In this document: positions 8,870 to 17,706 of the stretch, in pieces
How positions within the stretch are numbered: position 1 is the first letter of the stretch
Layout: each line of letters begins with the position of its first letter
Source: an uncultured virus (IMG/VR IMGVR_UViG_3300023174_000108)
Taxonomy: Duplodnaviria; Heunggongvirae; Uroviricota; Caudoviricetes
Reading direction: 5' to 3' (one strand)
Length of the DNA: 64,000 bases
IMG/VR virus record: IMGVR_UViG_3300023174_000108
Notes under the pieces: generated by a model
What the model was told of the DNA's origin: nothing
Databases searched by the model: none
Seen by the model: only the letters and a program-made list of their open reading frames with translations
Program-made: the position numbers and the translations under genes

Positions 8870-8897
8870 GGCGCAATCCTAACACACAAGGTGTTAG

Positions 8898-9080
8898 TTA
8901 GCCACGTTTGCGTTCTTTTGGTAGCGGCTTTCCGTCGTCTTTGATTTCTGCGTCACTGACGTCATCATAATCAAATCCACCTTTTGCAGGAAACCCTAAA
9001 GCATCACCCATTCGTTGCAATGAGCCCAGGTCCCTAAACTTACGACGTTCATCGCGCTCTCTACGGCCTGGAAGATTCAT
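8898..9080 (-). CDS. hypothetical protein
   Basis: TAATG coupling within operon. Confidence 0.55.
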   Translation of the reverse strand: MNLPGRRERDERRKFRDLGSLQRMGDALGFPAKGGFDYDDVSDAEIKDDGKPLPKERKRG

Positions 9081-9289
9081 TAGTTAGCTCCTGGACTAAC
9101 CTTAGCTGTCTCTTCTGAGTTAATGAACCCATAATTCATGTAAGGATGTAGGCCTGCACGGTTCTTAACAACAAGCTGGTCACCCATGCCTGGAGCAACC
9201 TCTGTGTTTGGACGACGCTTACGATACTTACCATCGGTTGTACCTTCGATAAGTGATGCGCTCTCTGAGCGTGAGTTGTTGACTGTCAT
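9080..9289 (-). CDS. hypothetical protein
   Basis: ATGA coupling. Confidence 0.6.
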   Translation of the reverse strand: MTVNNSRSESASLIEGTTDGKYRKRRPNTEVAPGMGDQLVVKNRAGLHPYMNYGFINSEETAKVSPGAN

Positions 9290-9516
9290 TCTGCCATCCT
9301 ATTCTTTACGAGCCTGGTCAAATTACGTCTGCTGCAAGATGAGCAAAGCTCTGCATGTAACGATTGTACGGGGTTGAGCATCATTCCACACGCTTTACAG
9401 TTTGTAGAACCATTATAAACGGTGCCTAAAGTGCGCTGAGTTTCAAGTTTGACGTCTTCTGCCCCAGCCATGCCTTCACCTGTAGCATCTGTGAATAAAC
9501 CTGGGTCGTTTTTCAT
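9286..9516 (-). CDS. zinc-ribbon hypothetical protein
   Basis: CKAC...CSSC; ATGA coupling. Confidence 0.6.
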   Translation of the reverse strand: MKNDPGLFTDATGEGMAGAEDVKLETQRTLGTVYNGSTNCKACGMMLNPVQSLHAELCSSCSRRNLTRLVKNRMAE

Positions 9517-9887
9517 ACTTGACCTAACGTGTTGCGGCTAGTGGACTGGGTAGTATTAGGGGTATTGCTAAAGTCGGACTCTACACGCTGAGCTGTTGGG
9601 GCTGTGCGTGGTAGGTCAATAATATCCTCAATACCAATTTCGCTTTCAGTAAACCCATAGCGAGCAGGGAATAGTTTAATTTGAGGTAGGGGTGGGCGTA
9701 CATATTCTTGTACCTCAGCCGCACTCATCATTAATGAAGCTAGTGATTGGCTAAGCAAACGCTCTTGATTGGAAGCAAACGGTCCAATGTATGCCTGAGG
9801 TGGGTAAGCTGCCTCTTCAGGTACTATTCCGCCTGGTGTCCATGGACGACGGCCGTACACACCATCTGCAAATAAAAAGTTACCCAT
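9513..9887 (-). CDS. hypothetical protein
   Basis: Start at ATG 9887 (TAATG overlap). Confidence 0.6.
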   Translation of the reverse strand: MGNFLFADGVYGRRPWTPGGIVPEEAAYPPQAYIGPFASNQERLLSQSLASLMMSAAEVQEYVRPPLPQIKLFPARYGFTESEIGIEDIIDLPRTAPTAQRVESDFSNTPNTTQSTSRNTLGQV

Positions 9888-10420
9888 TACTTCCACCCTG
9901 GACGCATGCGAGCCATTTGGTCTACGCGACGCTTGTCTAATGACATAGGTGATGTGCTTCGCATGTTAGCTTTACCGTCGTTAGGTAAGTGCGGAGCTGG
10001 TGCAACCATTGCATCTTCTACCCATCGTTCTGATAGATAAACGTTTCCAACTTTAGATGCTCGCATTTGACGCGCAATTCCGCGTGTTGGTTCTAAACCT
10101 TCTGGATAATAATAATCAGATGAGTCAATACGCTCACCACGATGAACACCACGTTGATAAGAACGCTGACCTACACGTACCTTCAAACTATTCATAACTG
10201 TATCTGATGTACTTGAAGGGCGACCACGGTCATCACGACGTGACCGAATAGTTCCTAAGTATCCATCTGGATATTCTGCTTGCGGTGCGCGACCTACACC
10301 AAGACGTAGAAAGTCAAGCTCTGAACGGGCAACAGGAGTACCACCTCCACCATAATTGGTGTAGGTTCCTGCCATACCCGCAGCGCCAAGGTTCTGCGTA
10401 TTTTGATGTGGTGCTGGCAT
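9887..10420 (-). CDS. Gly/Arg/Pro-rich hypothetical protein
   Basis: ORF track; TACCAT-N7-ATG candidate leaderless promoter. Confidence 0.65.
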   Translation of the reverse strand: MPAPHQNTQNLGAAGMAGTYTNYGGGGTPVARSELDFLRLGVGRAPQAEYPDGYLGTIRSRRDDRGRPSSTSDTVMNSLKVRVGQRSYQRGVHRGERIDSSDYYYPEGLEPTRGIARQMRASKVGNVYLSERWVEDAMVAPAPHLPNDGKANMRSTSPMSLDKRRVDQMARMRPGWK

Positions 10421-10425
10421 AGATA

Positions 10426-11625
10426 CTATGGTACGCGGTGTTCTCCAGCGAGAACGGCTAAATCTCTACGTGGGTCGTAGTCTCCACCAATTACTAGCGA
10501 AACAATACCTGTTGGTGACTCTAATCCGCTCTTGTCACGGAACCATGCGCTTCCACCATCCATAGCAGGCACTTGAATCCATAAACGTGGGCCAACTTGG
10601 TCTGCACGGAAGTGGTGGAAGTGACCTGTCATTAGAACATCTGCTGAACCTACTGGTGTACGACCTGTAGCCTGTCCTGAAATCCACTTACCCATGTCTT
10701 TTGCTTGATGCCCGTGTGCTAATCCAAGCACTGTTCCACCTAAGTCTAATGCAAGTGTTGCGTGGTCTAGCGGTGGGTAGCAGAACTTAACGTGTGAAAG
10801 GTTAGGGTTCTCAGCACACGCGTCTTGCACTGCTGCTGCTACCTCAATCTGCCATGAATCTGTTGGGTCTGTCATAACAATTCTGTGTGGCTCATCATGA
10901 TTACCTGGAACCACTGGAATGATTAGCTCATCGCACAAGGGAGCAAATGCTTTAATCCATGCCATTAAAATACGGCGACCAATACGGACCTGCTGTGTAA
11001 CACCTAGGTCACTACGGCCTAAAACCATACCCTTTTGAGACGTACTTCCCTCAATGCAGTCACCAAGCTGGGGTAGGACTACTGTTCCTATAGGACGTCC
11101 TAGCTTAAGCAGCTCCTTATGACGCTCTACTGCGGCGTCTAAACCACGTAACACACGGTTTACAGTCTCTTCTGTCCCGCCCCCAGCGTCCTTACCATAC
11201 TGAGTGTCACCGATTGCATAGATAGCAAACAAAGGGCCTGATGCCTTTTCAATCTTGCCAGGCTTCCACTTCTGTACATGCTCTACTAGGGAATCATAAT
11301 CTAAATCTGATGTTGCCTGGTCTGCAGGCTTTACATTAACACGGGCTGCTTCTAGCCACTCACCATCGTAGCGTTGCCAACGGCTCTTGCGAACGCTAAC
11401 TACTATCCATACTTCTGGGTCTAAATCAAAATCTTTAAATAGTTCTACTGCATCTGGTAATTCACCAGCATTTCGCGGTGTTGAAATAAAATAACCACCA
11501 TCTGTACCAAGGTCTAACTTTGCTCGCCAATCTTGTGGCACATTAGTTTGCTTGACGTCTGTTTCCATACCGTTCAAGTCAGCGTTTATCAATGCTTTTT
11601 TAAGTATATTTAATTTCTCGGACAT
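10426..11625 (-). CDS. calcineurin-like metallophosphoesterase
   Basis: GDTQ, LGDCIEG, GNHD, HGH, GHFH motifs in order. Confidence 0.88.
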   Translation of the reverse strand: MSEKLNILKKALINADLNGMETDVKQTNVPQDWRAKLDLGTDGGYFISTPRNAGELPDAVELFKDFDLDPEVWIVVSVRKSRWQRYDGEWLEAARVNVKPADQATSDLDYDSLVEHVQKWKPGKIEKASGPLFAIYAIGDTQYGKDAGGGTEETVNRVLRGLDAAVERHKELLKLGRPIGTVVLPQLGDCIEGSTSQKGMVLGRSDLGVTQQVRIGRRILMAWIKAFAPLCDELIIPVVPGNHDEPHRIVMTDPTDSWQIEVAAAVQDACAENPNLSHVKFCYPPLDHATLALDLGGTVLGLAHGHQAKDMGKWISGQATGRTPVGSADVLMTGHFHHFRADQVGPRLWIQVPAMDGGSAWFRDKSGLESPTGIVSLVIGGDYDPRRDLAVLAGEHRVP

Positions 11626-11850
11626 GAACAATAGCCTCTCATATGTGAGCGAAACGCAGTTAATTTAAATGGAATGTTGTCAGTTGAACGCAAATCTTTA
11701 TACAACGCTGCTACTACTACAGACTTTGTCTCTTGTAGTGTGCGCATTAACTCTTGCTCTTCAGTTGGTAAATCGTCTATCCAACTAGAAACTACGCAAC
11801 CTTCAGCTGCTGGTTGACGTTCCAAATGCTTTTGGAGTATGTCTCTCACA
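11610..11850 (-). CDS. small Zn-binding/HTH-like protein upstream of metallophosphoesterase
   Basis: GTG start after GAGGAGG (start approximate); C...HMRGYCSC. Confidence 0.6.
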
Positions 11851-11910
11851 CTTCCTCCTCGTTGACGACGCGATGCAACAAGACTAACACAGATTATGCA
11901 AAAGGGAAAC

Positions 11911-11935
11911 AAAAAAGCCCCGCCGAAGCGGGGCT
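11911..11935 (-). terminator. rho-independent terminator
   Basis: AGCCCCGC-TTCG-GCGGGGCT followed by T run. Confidence 0.85.
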
Positions 11936-11951
11936 AATTTGATATGAAATA

Positions 11952-12296
11952 TTAGTCAACAGCTCCTGCTTGAAACGAAGGACGCTGACGGTTCATTGCT
12001 GGTCCAATAATGCGACCGTTTGACTGAGTTGCGCCAGCTTCTGGTGCAACTGTTGCCTGGAACTTAACGCGGACACCGTAAGCGGCTCCGTTACGTCCCT
12101 GTGCTTGCGCGCTCATTACATTGCTGCGTGATGGCTTAGCCTGTACGTAAGGGTCAGTTCCGCCTTTAGCGTTACCTGTCTTCTTTACTAGCTTTCCTTT
12201 TTTAGGAGCCTCGTAACGTGGCTTAGCACTTGAAGTAACGGTTGGCTCTGTTGAAGCAGGCGCAATCGTCTTCTTTGTCTTAGTTGAATCTTTCAT
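11952..12296 (-). CDS. basic low-complexity hypothetical protein
   Basis: AAGGA RBS, own terminator; K/A/G/T rich. Confidence 0.7.
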   Translation of the reverse strand: MKDSTKTKKTIAPASTEPTVTSSAKPRYEAPKKGKLVKKTGNAKGGTDPYVQAKPSRSNVMSAQAQGRNGAAYGVRVKFQATVAPEAGATQSNGRIIGPAMNRQRPSFQAGAVD

Positions 12297-12337
12297 TTAG
12301 TTTCCTTTGGCCTAAGGGTTATTACAGAGTAACAGGA

Positions 12338-12616
12338 TTAGCGTACTTCTACAGACCAAACAATGGCTGAAATAGTACCTTCATGGCTTTCAATGGTGGC
12401 AAAACCAGGCACACATATGAGGTCTAAACCTCTAGGGGCGGTGTAACCACGGGCAATAGCAATAGCCTTAGTAGCTTGGTTTACAGCACCAGCACCTACG
12501 GCCCTTAACTTGCAACTGCGTGACTCATAAATAGCGTGAGCAATAGCGGATGCGACAGCTTGTGGGTTGCTTCCTGCGCTTACGCGCAAGACATTATCTT
12601 CTTGTTGTTCCGACAT
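12338..12616 (-). CDS. spoVS: stage V sporulation protein S (SpoVS, Alba-like fold)
   Basis: LRVSAGSNPQAVASAIA...RAVGAGAVNQATKAIAIARGY.AP.G.DL...PGF signature; start ATG 12616 after GAGGG. Confidence 0.9.
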   Translation of the reverse strand: MSEQQEDNVLRVSAGSNPQAVASAIAHAIYESRSCKLRAVGAGAVNQATKAIAIARGYTAPRGLDLICVPGFATIESHEGTISAIVWSVEVR

Positions 12617-12667
12617 TTGGTCCCTCGTTTGACGAATAGTGGTTTCCCGCGTCAATAATTATGAGGG

Positions 12668-12886
12668 TTATACTAAATTAGGTCTGTCTAAAGGGGTAGG
12701 CGCTTTAGCATAGGTGCCGCAAATAGCGCACTCCATATCTAAAAGGTACTGGGATAGCTCATAGTCTTGAAATGAAGCCTTTATAGTCCATAAATTTGAC
12801 TCACAATGTGGGCAATCATGGTGCACCTCATCTGCATGCTCCATAGTCCCTGAGTAATCAGGCTTGAGGGACCGTATCGGTTTCAA
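12668..12886 (-). CDS. zinc-ribbon protein
   Basis: CPHC...CAIC. Confidence 0.6.
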   Translation of the reverse strand: MKPIRSLKPDYSGTMEHADEVHHDCPHCESNLWTIKASFQDYELSQYLLDMECAICGTYAKAPTPLDRPNLV

Positions 12887-13100
12887 GTCTTAGCTTTTCT
12901 ATTAGAGCTTTATTCTGCTCAATCATCTTCTGCATTTCTGCATCTTCTTCTGGAGTCAGTTTATCTTTGTTCTCCTCGTACATGCTGAGGCCCATCTCAA
13001 ATTGCTTTTCAAATGCATGAAGCTGCAGTAGTCGGCGCTCTTTAATAAATGCCTGTTGCTCTGCAATGTTTCTTGCAATCTTCTCTTGACGCTTACTCAT
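12858..13100 (-). CDS. coiled-coil hypothetical protein
   Basis: Start at MSKRQEK after GGTGGAG. Confidence 0.6.
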   Translation of the reverse strand: MSKRQEKIARNIAEQQAFIKERRLLQLHAFEKQFEMGLSMYEENKDKLTPEEDAEMQKMIEQNKALIEKLRLETDTVPQA

Positions 13101-13240
13101 AGCTCCACCGCAATCCAAAAACATAGAAAATCAATATTTATATGATACCTATCAATAGAAAACCCTAAACCAAAACGCTTACAGTAGCCGCATGACATCC
13201 AACGATTTCCTTTATTACCCAGCTTACGTTCGTAATACAT
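13097..13240 (-). CDS. small hypothetical protein (47 aa)
   Basis: Hand-translated MYYERKLGNKGNRW...; coupled at both ends. Confidence 0.5.
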   Translation of the reverse strand: MYYERKLGNKGNRWMSCGYCKRFGLGFSIDRYHINIDFLCFWIAVEL

Positions 13241-13398
13241 TATGCCTCCACGTTTTCTTTTTCCCAATAGCCGTATTCAACGTAAAGGTTTTTAAGTTCA
13301 ATAGTGTCGTTGTAACCCTCTTCTTGTAAGTACTCGATGAAGTCATCATCCGCTACTAACACTGGCAAATCAAGGCCAAGTTCTAGAAGTCCGTTCAT
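13240..13398 (-). CDS. small acidic hypothetical protein (52 aa)
   Basis: Hand-translated MNGLLELGLDLPVLVADDDFIEYL...; coupled at both ends. Confidence 0.55.
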   Translation of the reverse strand: MNGLLELGLDLPVLVADDDFIEYLQEEGYNDTIELKNLYVEYGYWEKENVEA

Positions 13399-13562
13399 TG
13401 ACCGCCCCATCCTCCACCTTTAAAGTGCACAGCGGGTGGCGTAAATGATTTAATCATAAAGTTACCGCACTTATCGCAGACTGGTCTCTCAGTAGCATCA
13501 TGTGTCATATGCATCTCCACTGTGCTATCGCACGGCATGCACACAAAGTCATACCTAGGCAT
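13395..13562 (-). CDS. FmdB-family zinc-ribbon regulatory protein (55 aa)
   Basis: Hand-translated MPRYDFVCMPC...CDKCG...PAVHFKGGGW. Confidence 0.8.
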   Translation of the reverse strand: MPRYDFVCMPCDSTVEMHMTHDATERPVCDKCGNFMIKSFTPPAVHFKGGGWGGQ

Positions 13563-13905
13563 CTAGTTCTCCATATCCTGCTTCACGTAATAGTTTTACA
13601 AAGTCCTCAAGACGTAGCAAGGTAACCCACTCACTAACATTAGCCTCGCCTTGACCATTAAGTCTTAACACAGCTACAGGTAAGTCTTTACCGTTATGCC
13701 TATCTTTGAGTTGCTTAATAGTAGCACTTGGTGAAAAGTCTTTACGCGCCTTGACCTCCCAGTCAATGCCTATTGTTCCTGTTATGTCTGTCCCTGGACG
13801 ACCTGCTCCAGTGCTTTCCGCATACGGAAACCCATGCTCAGCAAGGTACATGGCTACCACTTTTTGTGAACGGTAGCCTCTATGTTTACGTGATTGGCTA
13901 GGCAT
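13555..13905 (-). CDS. Holliday junction resolvase-like PD-(D/E)xK nuclease
   Basis: SRKHRG...GAGRPGTDI...WEVKAR. Confidence 0.75.
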   Translation of the reverse strand: MPSQSRKHRGYRSQKVVAMYLAEHGFPYAESTGAGRPGTDITGTIGIDWEVKARKDFSPSATIKQLKDRHNGKDLPVAVLRLNGQGEANVSEWVTLLRLEDFVKLLREAGYGELDA

Positions 13906-14381
13906 TAGAACCTGTTTCGTAGCGCCGATGTTCGGCGTGTCAACTCACGGCTAGTGAGGCTGTAGTAACGCTCAAGATTATCCATTGTGGTCTCTAGCAT
14001 CTTACGGTAAGCATAGGCATACATCTTTGCTGTAGATAATTCAACAATCTCTGGGTCTGTAATAACCGCAGCCTTTAGCATTGTTGCCTTCTCTGTGCTC
14101 TTGCCATTGGTCTTAGATAGAAAAGCTTTTGCCTCAGCAGTTGAGTAAATGTTCTCTGCCTCTAGCTCAGCTAATGCAGCACAGGCCACCTGTGTACGAA
14201 GAAAACTATAATTTTCCATGTACTTAGTCGCTAACACCATAAGCTCTTGGTCGTCTACTACTGTAATATCTTTTGGAAATGGTGGCACATCAATGTCTAG
14301 GCTGCGACGAATAGGTAGCCCTTGGTTTTCAAGGACCTTCATTACTGATTCACTTATCCCAGTTGAGATGATATTAATCAT
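13905..14381 (-). CDS. helical protein, possible UvsY-like recombination mediator
   Basis: All-helical, ends SRELTRR; lies within the recombination block. Confidence 0.4.
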   Translation of the reverse strand: MINIISTGISESVMKVLENQGLPIRRSLDIDVPPFPKDITVVDDQELMVLATKYMENYSFLRTQVACAALAELEAENIYSTAEAKAFLSKTNGKSTEKATMLKAAVITDPEIVELSTAKMYAYAYRKMLETTMDNLERYYSLTSRELTRRTSALRNRF

Positions 14382-15219
14382 TTACATATCCTTTACAGTT
14401 AGCGCATTCGGTTGATGACAGGTTACATACTGGTGGAATCCTATCCCTAACTGCATCACAAATCATCTTGGCAGCATCAAATAGTTCAGTGATTCCAAAG
14501 TCACTCTTATGAACTACAAACTCTTTTGCTTCCTGATTGCTCTTGCACTCGTAGACAAGGACAGCCTCTTGCGGCACGTTCTCGTACCCAAGGAGCTCTG
14601 CTAGTTTCATATAAATCTGAACCTGTGTTATGTGCTTTTGGAATGGGGCTTTTAAAGCCTTCCATGCCTTCTCAATATCATTATCGTTTTCAATCAATAA
14701 CTCTGGCGCTTCCCATCTAAGGGTCCCCACACCTACTGATTTAATCTCAAGCATTAGTGGGTCACCAAGGCCTACTAACCAACCATCTGAGTGACCGCTG
14801 ATGCGTAGTGGCTCGTAGAACAAAGGCACTTCACGGTATTCCAATGGCCCATCGTGGCAGTCAGAGCCGCCCCAGAACATCTCTTCGCATTCGATGCAGT
14901 ACCACTTGCCATACAGTACGTTCATCTGCTGAAACCAGCGCTGCCACTTTGCGTGAATAGAGTGGCCTTCTTCAAACACTGACAACAAGCGCATGCTCAT
15001 CTTTCTATTGGCCTGTGGTGCTTGACCTAATAGTTGGAAATAAGATGCACGGTGACACCAGTTACCGCTTGCCATTTCAGATGGATGTAGAACGTCTGTT
15101 CGACGTGACCCATCTCTAGGCTTAGACAATAAAAAACGTTCTACCGAACCAAGAACACGCGTATCTTTTTTACCCACTTCAATGAACCTCTTTAATGTGC
15201 CACTTGGTTTGTATTTCAT
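14374..15219 (-). CDS. Cas4/RecB-like PD-(D/E)xK exonuclease
   Basis: HPSE...C, GHSIH, GHSDG, LEIKS, QVQIY, C-terminal C..C..C. Confidence 0.85.
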   Translation of the reverse strand: MKYKPSGTLKRFIEVGKKDTRVLGSVERFLLSKPRDGSRRTDVLHPSEMASGNWCHRASYFQLLGQAPQANRKMSMRLLSVFEEGHSIHAKWQRWFQQMNVLYGKWYCIECEEMFWGGSDCHDGPLEYREVPLFYEPLRISGHSDGWLVGLGDPLMLEIKSVGVGTLRWEAPELLIENDNDIEKAWKALKAPFQKHITQVQIYMKLAELLGYENVPQEAVLVYECKSNQEAKEFVVHKSDFGITELFDAAKMICDAVRDRIPPVCNLSSTECANCKGYVND

Positions 15220-15231
15220 AGGTAGAACCTA

Positions 15232-15552
15232 TCACGACTTCTTGGTTTCTACCCAATCTTCAAAAGTAATTCCTGCTTTATTTGCTTTACGCTTTAATGA
15301 GTTACGCTCACGGTGAGACATACCGCCCCAGATACCGTGCTGTTCATCCATCTTGTCTGCGTACAGCAAACACTGTTTACGTACAGGGCATTCAGGCAAG
15401 CCATCTTTACCGTAGCACACGGCTTTAGATACTTGCGCAATTGTTTGGTACTTTGCTTTATCTCGTGGTGGATACCACAACTCTGTGTCTAGTCCTCGAC
15501 ACTTGGCTTTATGTCGCCAGCCTTCGTTGTGTCCAATGTCTGATTCGTACAA
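15232..15552 (-). CDS. whiB: WhiB-family Fe-S transcription factor
   Basis: W...AKC...C...CPVRKQCL.YA...GIWGG...ER. Confidence 0.93.
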   Translation of the reverse strand: MYESDIGHNEGWRHKAKCRGLDTELWYPPRDKAKYQTIAQVSKAVCYGKDGLPECPVRKQCLLYADKMDEQHGIWGGMSHRERNSLKRKANKAGITFEDWVETKKS

Positions 15553-15869
15553 GTATGCTCCTGAAGAGTAGAGCGTAGCTCTAGAAAATCATCTTCAGTT
15601 AACATCACGTAGTTCTCGTTGTTAAGACTGAAGCCGAGGATAGGCATCCGACTGTCAAGAATTGCTTCTTCAACAATCTTTTCCAGAACCGTCGCTTTGA
15701 CGGTAAAGGAGGCTTTGCCCGTCCACTTATGCTCTATGAGCAAATCAGTGGAACGCACATCGCCTTTCCGACTCCAGAAAGCTCCGCTTCCAGCACTACG
15801 CTGTCCGCCAACTTTCTTTGCAAGTCGGTCCTCATGCTTCTTAGACTCTCGTTGGCCCTTACTCTTCAT
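15489..15869 (-). CDS. second Holliday junction resolvase-like nuclease
   Basis: HE.RLAK..GG....SGA....KGDV....LLIEHK. Confidence 0.7.
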   Translation of the reverse strand: MKSKGQRESKKHEDRLAKKVGGQRSAGSGAFWSRKGDVRSTDLLIEHKWTGKASFTVKATVLEKIVEEAILDSRMPILGFSLNNENYVMLTEDDFLELRSTLQEHTCTNQTLDTTKAGDIKPSVED

Positions 15870-16911
15870 AAGCGAACTTAGAACCCGCTTTAATCGAGTC
15901 TAGTACGTCCCGTTCAAGGGCCTCTGCTAAGTCAATCTCTTCCCGTATTGAGGCAAGCATAGCATCTGCGCCCTGCCATTGCCGTTCGCCATACCGATAG
16001 TACGCACCAGCGCGGGTTATGACCTTGTTTAGCTTACCAATAGCAATTAGTTCTTTACCAAAATCAAGCTCACCAGCAGGAACCTCGCCACCTTCAGAAA
16101 AGTAAAAGTCAAAGCTAGCCACACGTGAAGGTGGGGCTGATTTATTCTTTAGAACTCTAGCTTTAATTGTCTGACCAATACGGCGCTTATCTTCACCAGT
16201 GCCCACTTCAATCCAGTCATCTCTACGCACGTCAACACGTGTAAAGTAACTGTAGTTCTTACCCTTACCTCCAGGGGTAGTGCGAGGGTCACCGTACATA
16301 ACGCCAACCTTGTCACGCCACTGGTTAATAATGATGCCGATAAAAGGGCGCTCAAACTCTGTGAGACTTCGCTTAGATGCTAGCCCTACCTTGCGAAAGA
16401 ACTTATTAGTAAGAAGGGCGCCACGACCAACTGTGTGCTCATCCATGTCCTTGTCATCCTCTGCGCTAGGTACTAACGCTGGAAGTGAGTCGACAACGAT
16501 GCAATCAATTGCTTTGCTTTCTGCAACTTGAATGACCGCTTCGTAAGCTTCTTCCATAAGATTTGTAGACACTACATAAACGCGTGATGTATCAACCCCA
16601 CACATCTCGGCGTATTTTGGAACCCACTGCTCTGCTGCAACCCATACAGTTGTAAACTCTGGGTCACGCTTTTGATTAGCAGCAATAGTCTTAAGTGCAA
16701 TTGCTGTCTTACCTTGACTCTCCTCACCAATAACCTCATGCCACTGGTTGATAGGCCAACCGCCACCTAGCGCTACGTCTAATGAAATAGAGCCAGTAGT
16801 TACGTACCCCATAACATCGTCTCTAATATCTGAACCCAACACGATAGTGTCAGCGCCCATCTTTTTATTAATTGAGCTAAATACTTTTGCTAGTTCGCCT
16901 GAAATTTTCAT
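15859..16911 (-). CDS. recA: RecA recombinase
   Basis: TGSISLDVALGGG, GEESQGKT Walker A, VVDS Walker B, INQ.R.KVGVMYGDP.TTPGG, KNK. Confidence 0.93.
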   Translation of the reverse strand: MKISGELAKVFSSINKKMGADTIVLGSDIRDDVMGYVTTGSISLDVALGGGWPINQWHEVIGEESQGKTAIALKTIAANQKRDPEFTTVWVAAEQWVPKYAEMCGVDTSRVYVVSTNLMEEAYEAVIQVAESKAIDCIVVDSLPALVPSAEDDKDMDEHTVGRGALLTNKFFRKVGLASKRSLTEFERPFIGIIINQWRDKVGVMYGDPRTTPGGKGKNYSYFTRVDVRRDDWIEVGTGEDKRRIGQTIKARVLKNKSAPPSRVASFDFYFSEGGEVPAGELDFGKELIAIGKLNKVITRAGAYYRYGERQWQGADAMLASIREEIDLAEALERDVLDSIKAGSKFAYEE

Positions 16912-17270
16912 TAAATATGTCCAATGATTGTCTGTGGGTTAAATCCGCCTGGTTGTACTTGTTTTGCTGCTTGAGCTGGGCCTGATGCTTGCGGACCGCT
17001 AGTAATTCCCTTGCCCATGCCCGACCCACTTTGGGTAATTGGATATCCACAATCATAACAACGCTTACGCGCTTCAGGAGTTGCTCCACCATAGTTACCG
17101 CTGCCGCACCCAGGGCAGCGCTCGCCCCTAGGAACCGCGGGAGTCTGAACAGGGTAAGAATTATTCTGTGGAATATACGGTTGCTGTGGCGCTTGAGGAA
17201 TATAACTGGGGGTAGACGTCTGCTGTGGCTGTACCCCTAACTTCTTTGCAAACCAATCTGCGTTACTCAC
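16911..17270 (-). CDS. Pro/Gln-rich zinc-ribbon protein
   Basis: CPGCGS...CYDCGY. Confidence 0.65.
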   Translation of the reverse strand: MSNADWFAKKLGVQPQQTSTPSYIPQAPQQPYIPQNNSYPVQTPAVPRGERCPGCGSGNYGGATPEARKRCYDCGYPITQSGSGMGKGITSGPQASGPAQAAKQVQPGGFNPQTIIGHI

Positions 17271-17706
17271 GGTCTATCTCCATTTCTATTTTTCCTCCAC
17301 CTACTACATCTGAGTCTAGTATGCCTAAATCTAAACCTATGGACAACGCGCCAATAAGTGTAGACATACCTACAGCTTTATAAATAATGCGAGAAGCTTC
17401 TGTTTCTTCCTCACTTAAAGAATCTGGATGTTTGCCATTTTGAAGTGCAACAAAAGTATCAGCAGTCATATCTGAAATAGCATCTATGTAAGACATAAGA
17501 CTGTACAACCTAGATAAACGTAAATCGCTTTCTTCTTGTTCTTTAGCGTTACCCTCTTCGCTTACTCGGTTTAAACCTACAAGCTCTGCTAACTTGTTAG
17601 CGTCATCTAAACCAGTGTCGTATAGGAACCAACGAAACAAAGTAGTCATTGGAACTTCAGCAGTTTCAATGCCTATCTCTTGCTTTTTTCTTCTGAACCA
17701 ACTCAC
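17263..17706 (-). CDS. hypothetical protein
   Basis: Likely GTG start overlapping polA stop (GTGA). Confidence 0.6.
   Translation of the reverse strand: MSWFRRKKQEIGIETAEVPMTTLFRWFLYDTGLDDANKLAELVGLNRVSEEGNAKEQEESDLRLSRLYSLMSYIDAISDMTADTFVALQNGKHPDSLSEEETEASRIIYKAVGMSTLIGALSIGLDLGILDSDVVGGGKIEMEIDRE

Noticed and set aside
14374..15219. Cas4-like gene as part of a CRISPR-Cas system
   Set aside because: No repeat-spacer array or other cas genes seen; the gene sits in a contiguous recombination operon, as is usual for phage Cas4-like exonucleases
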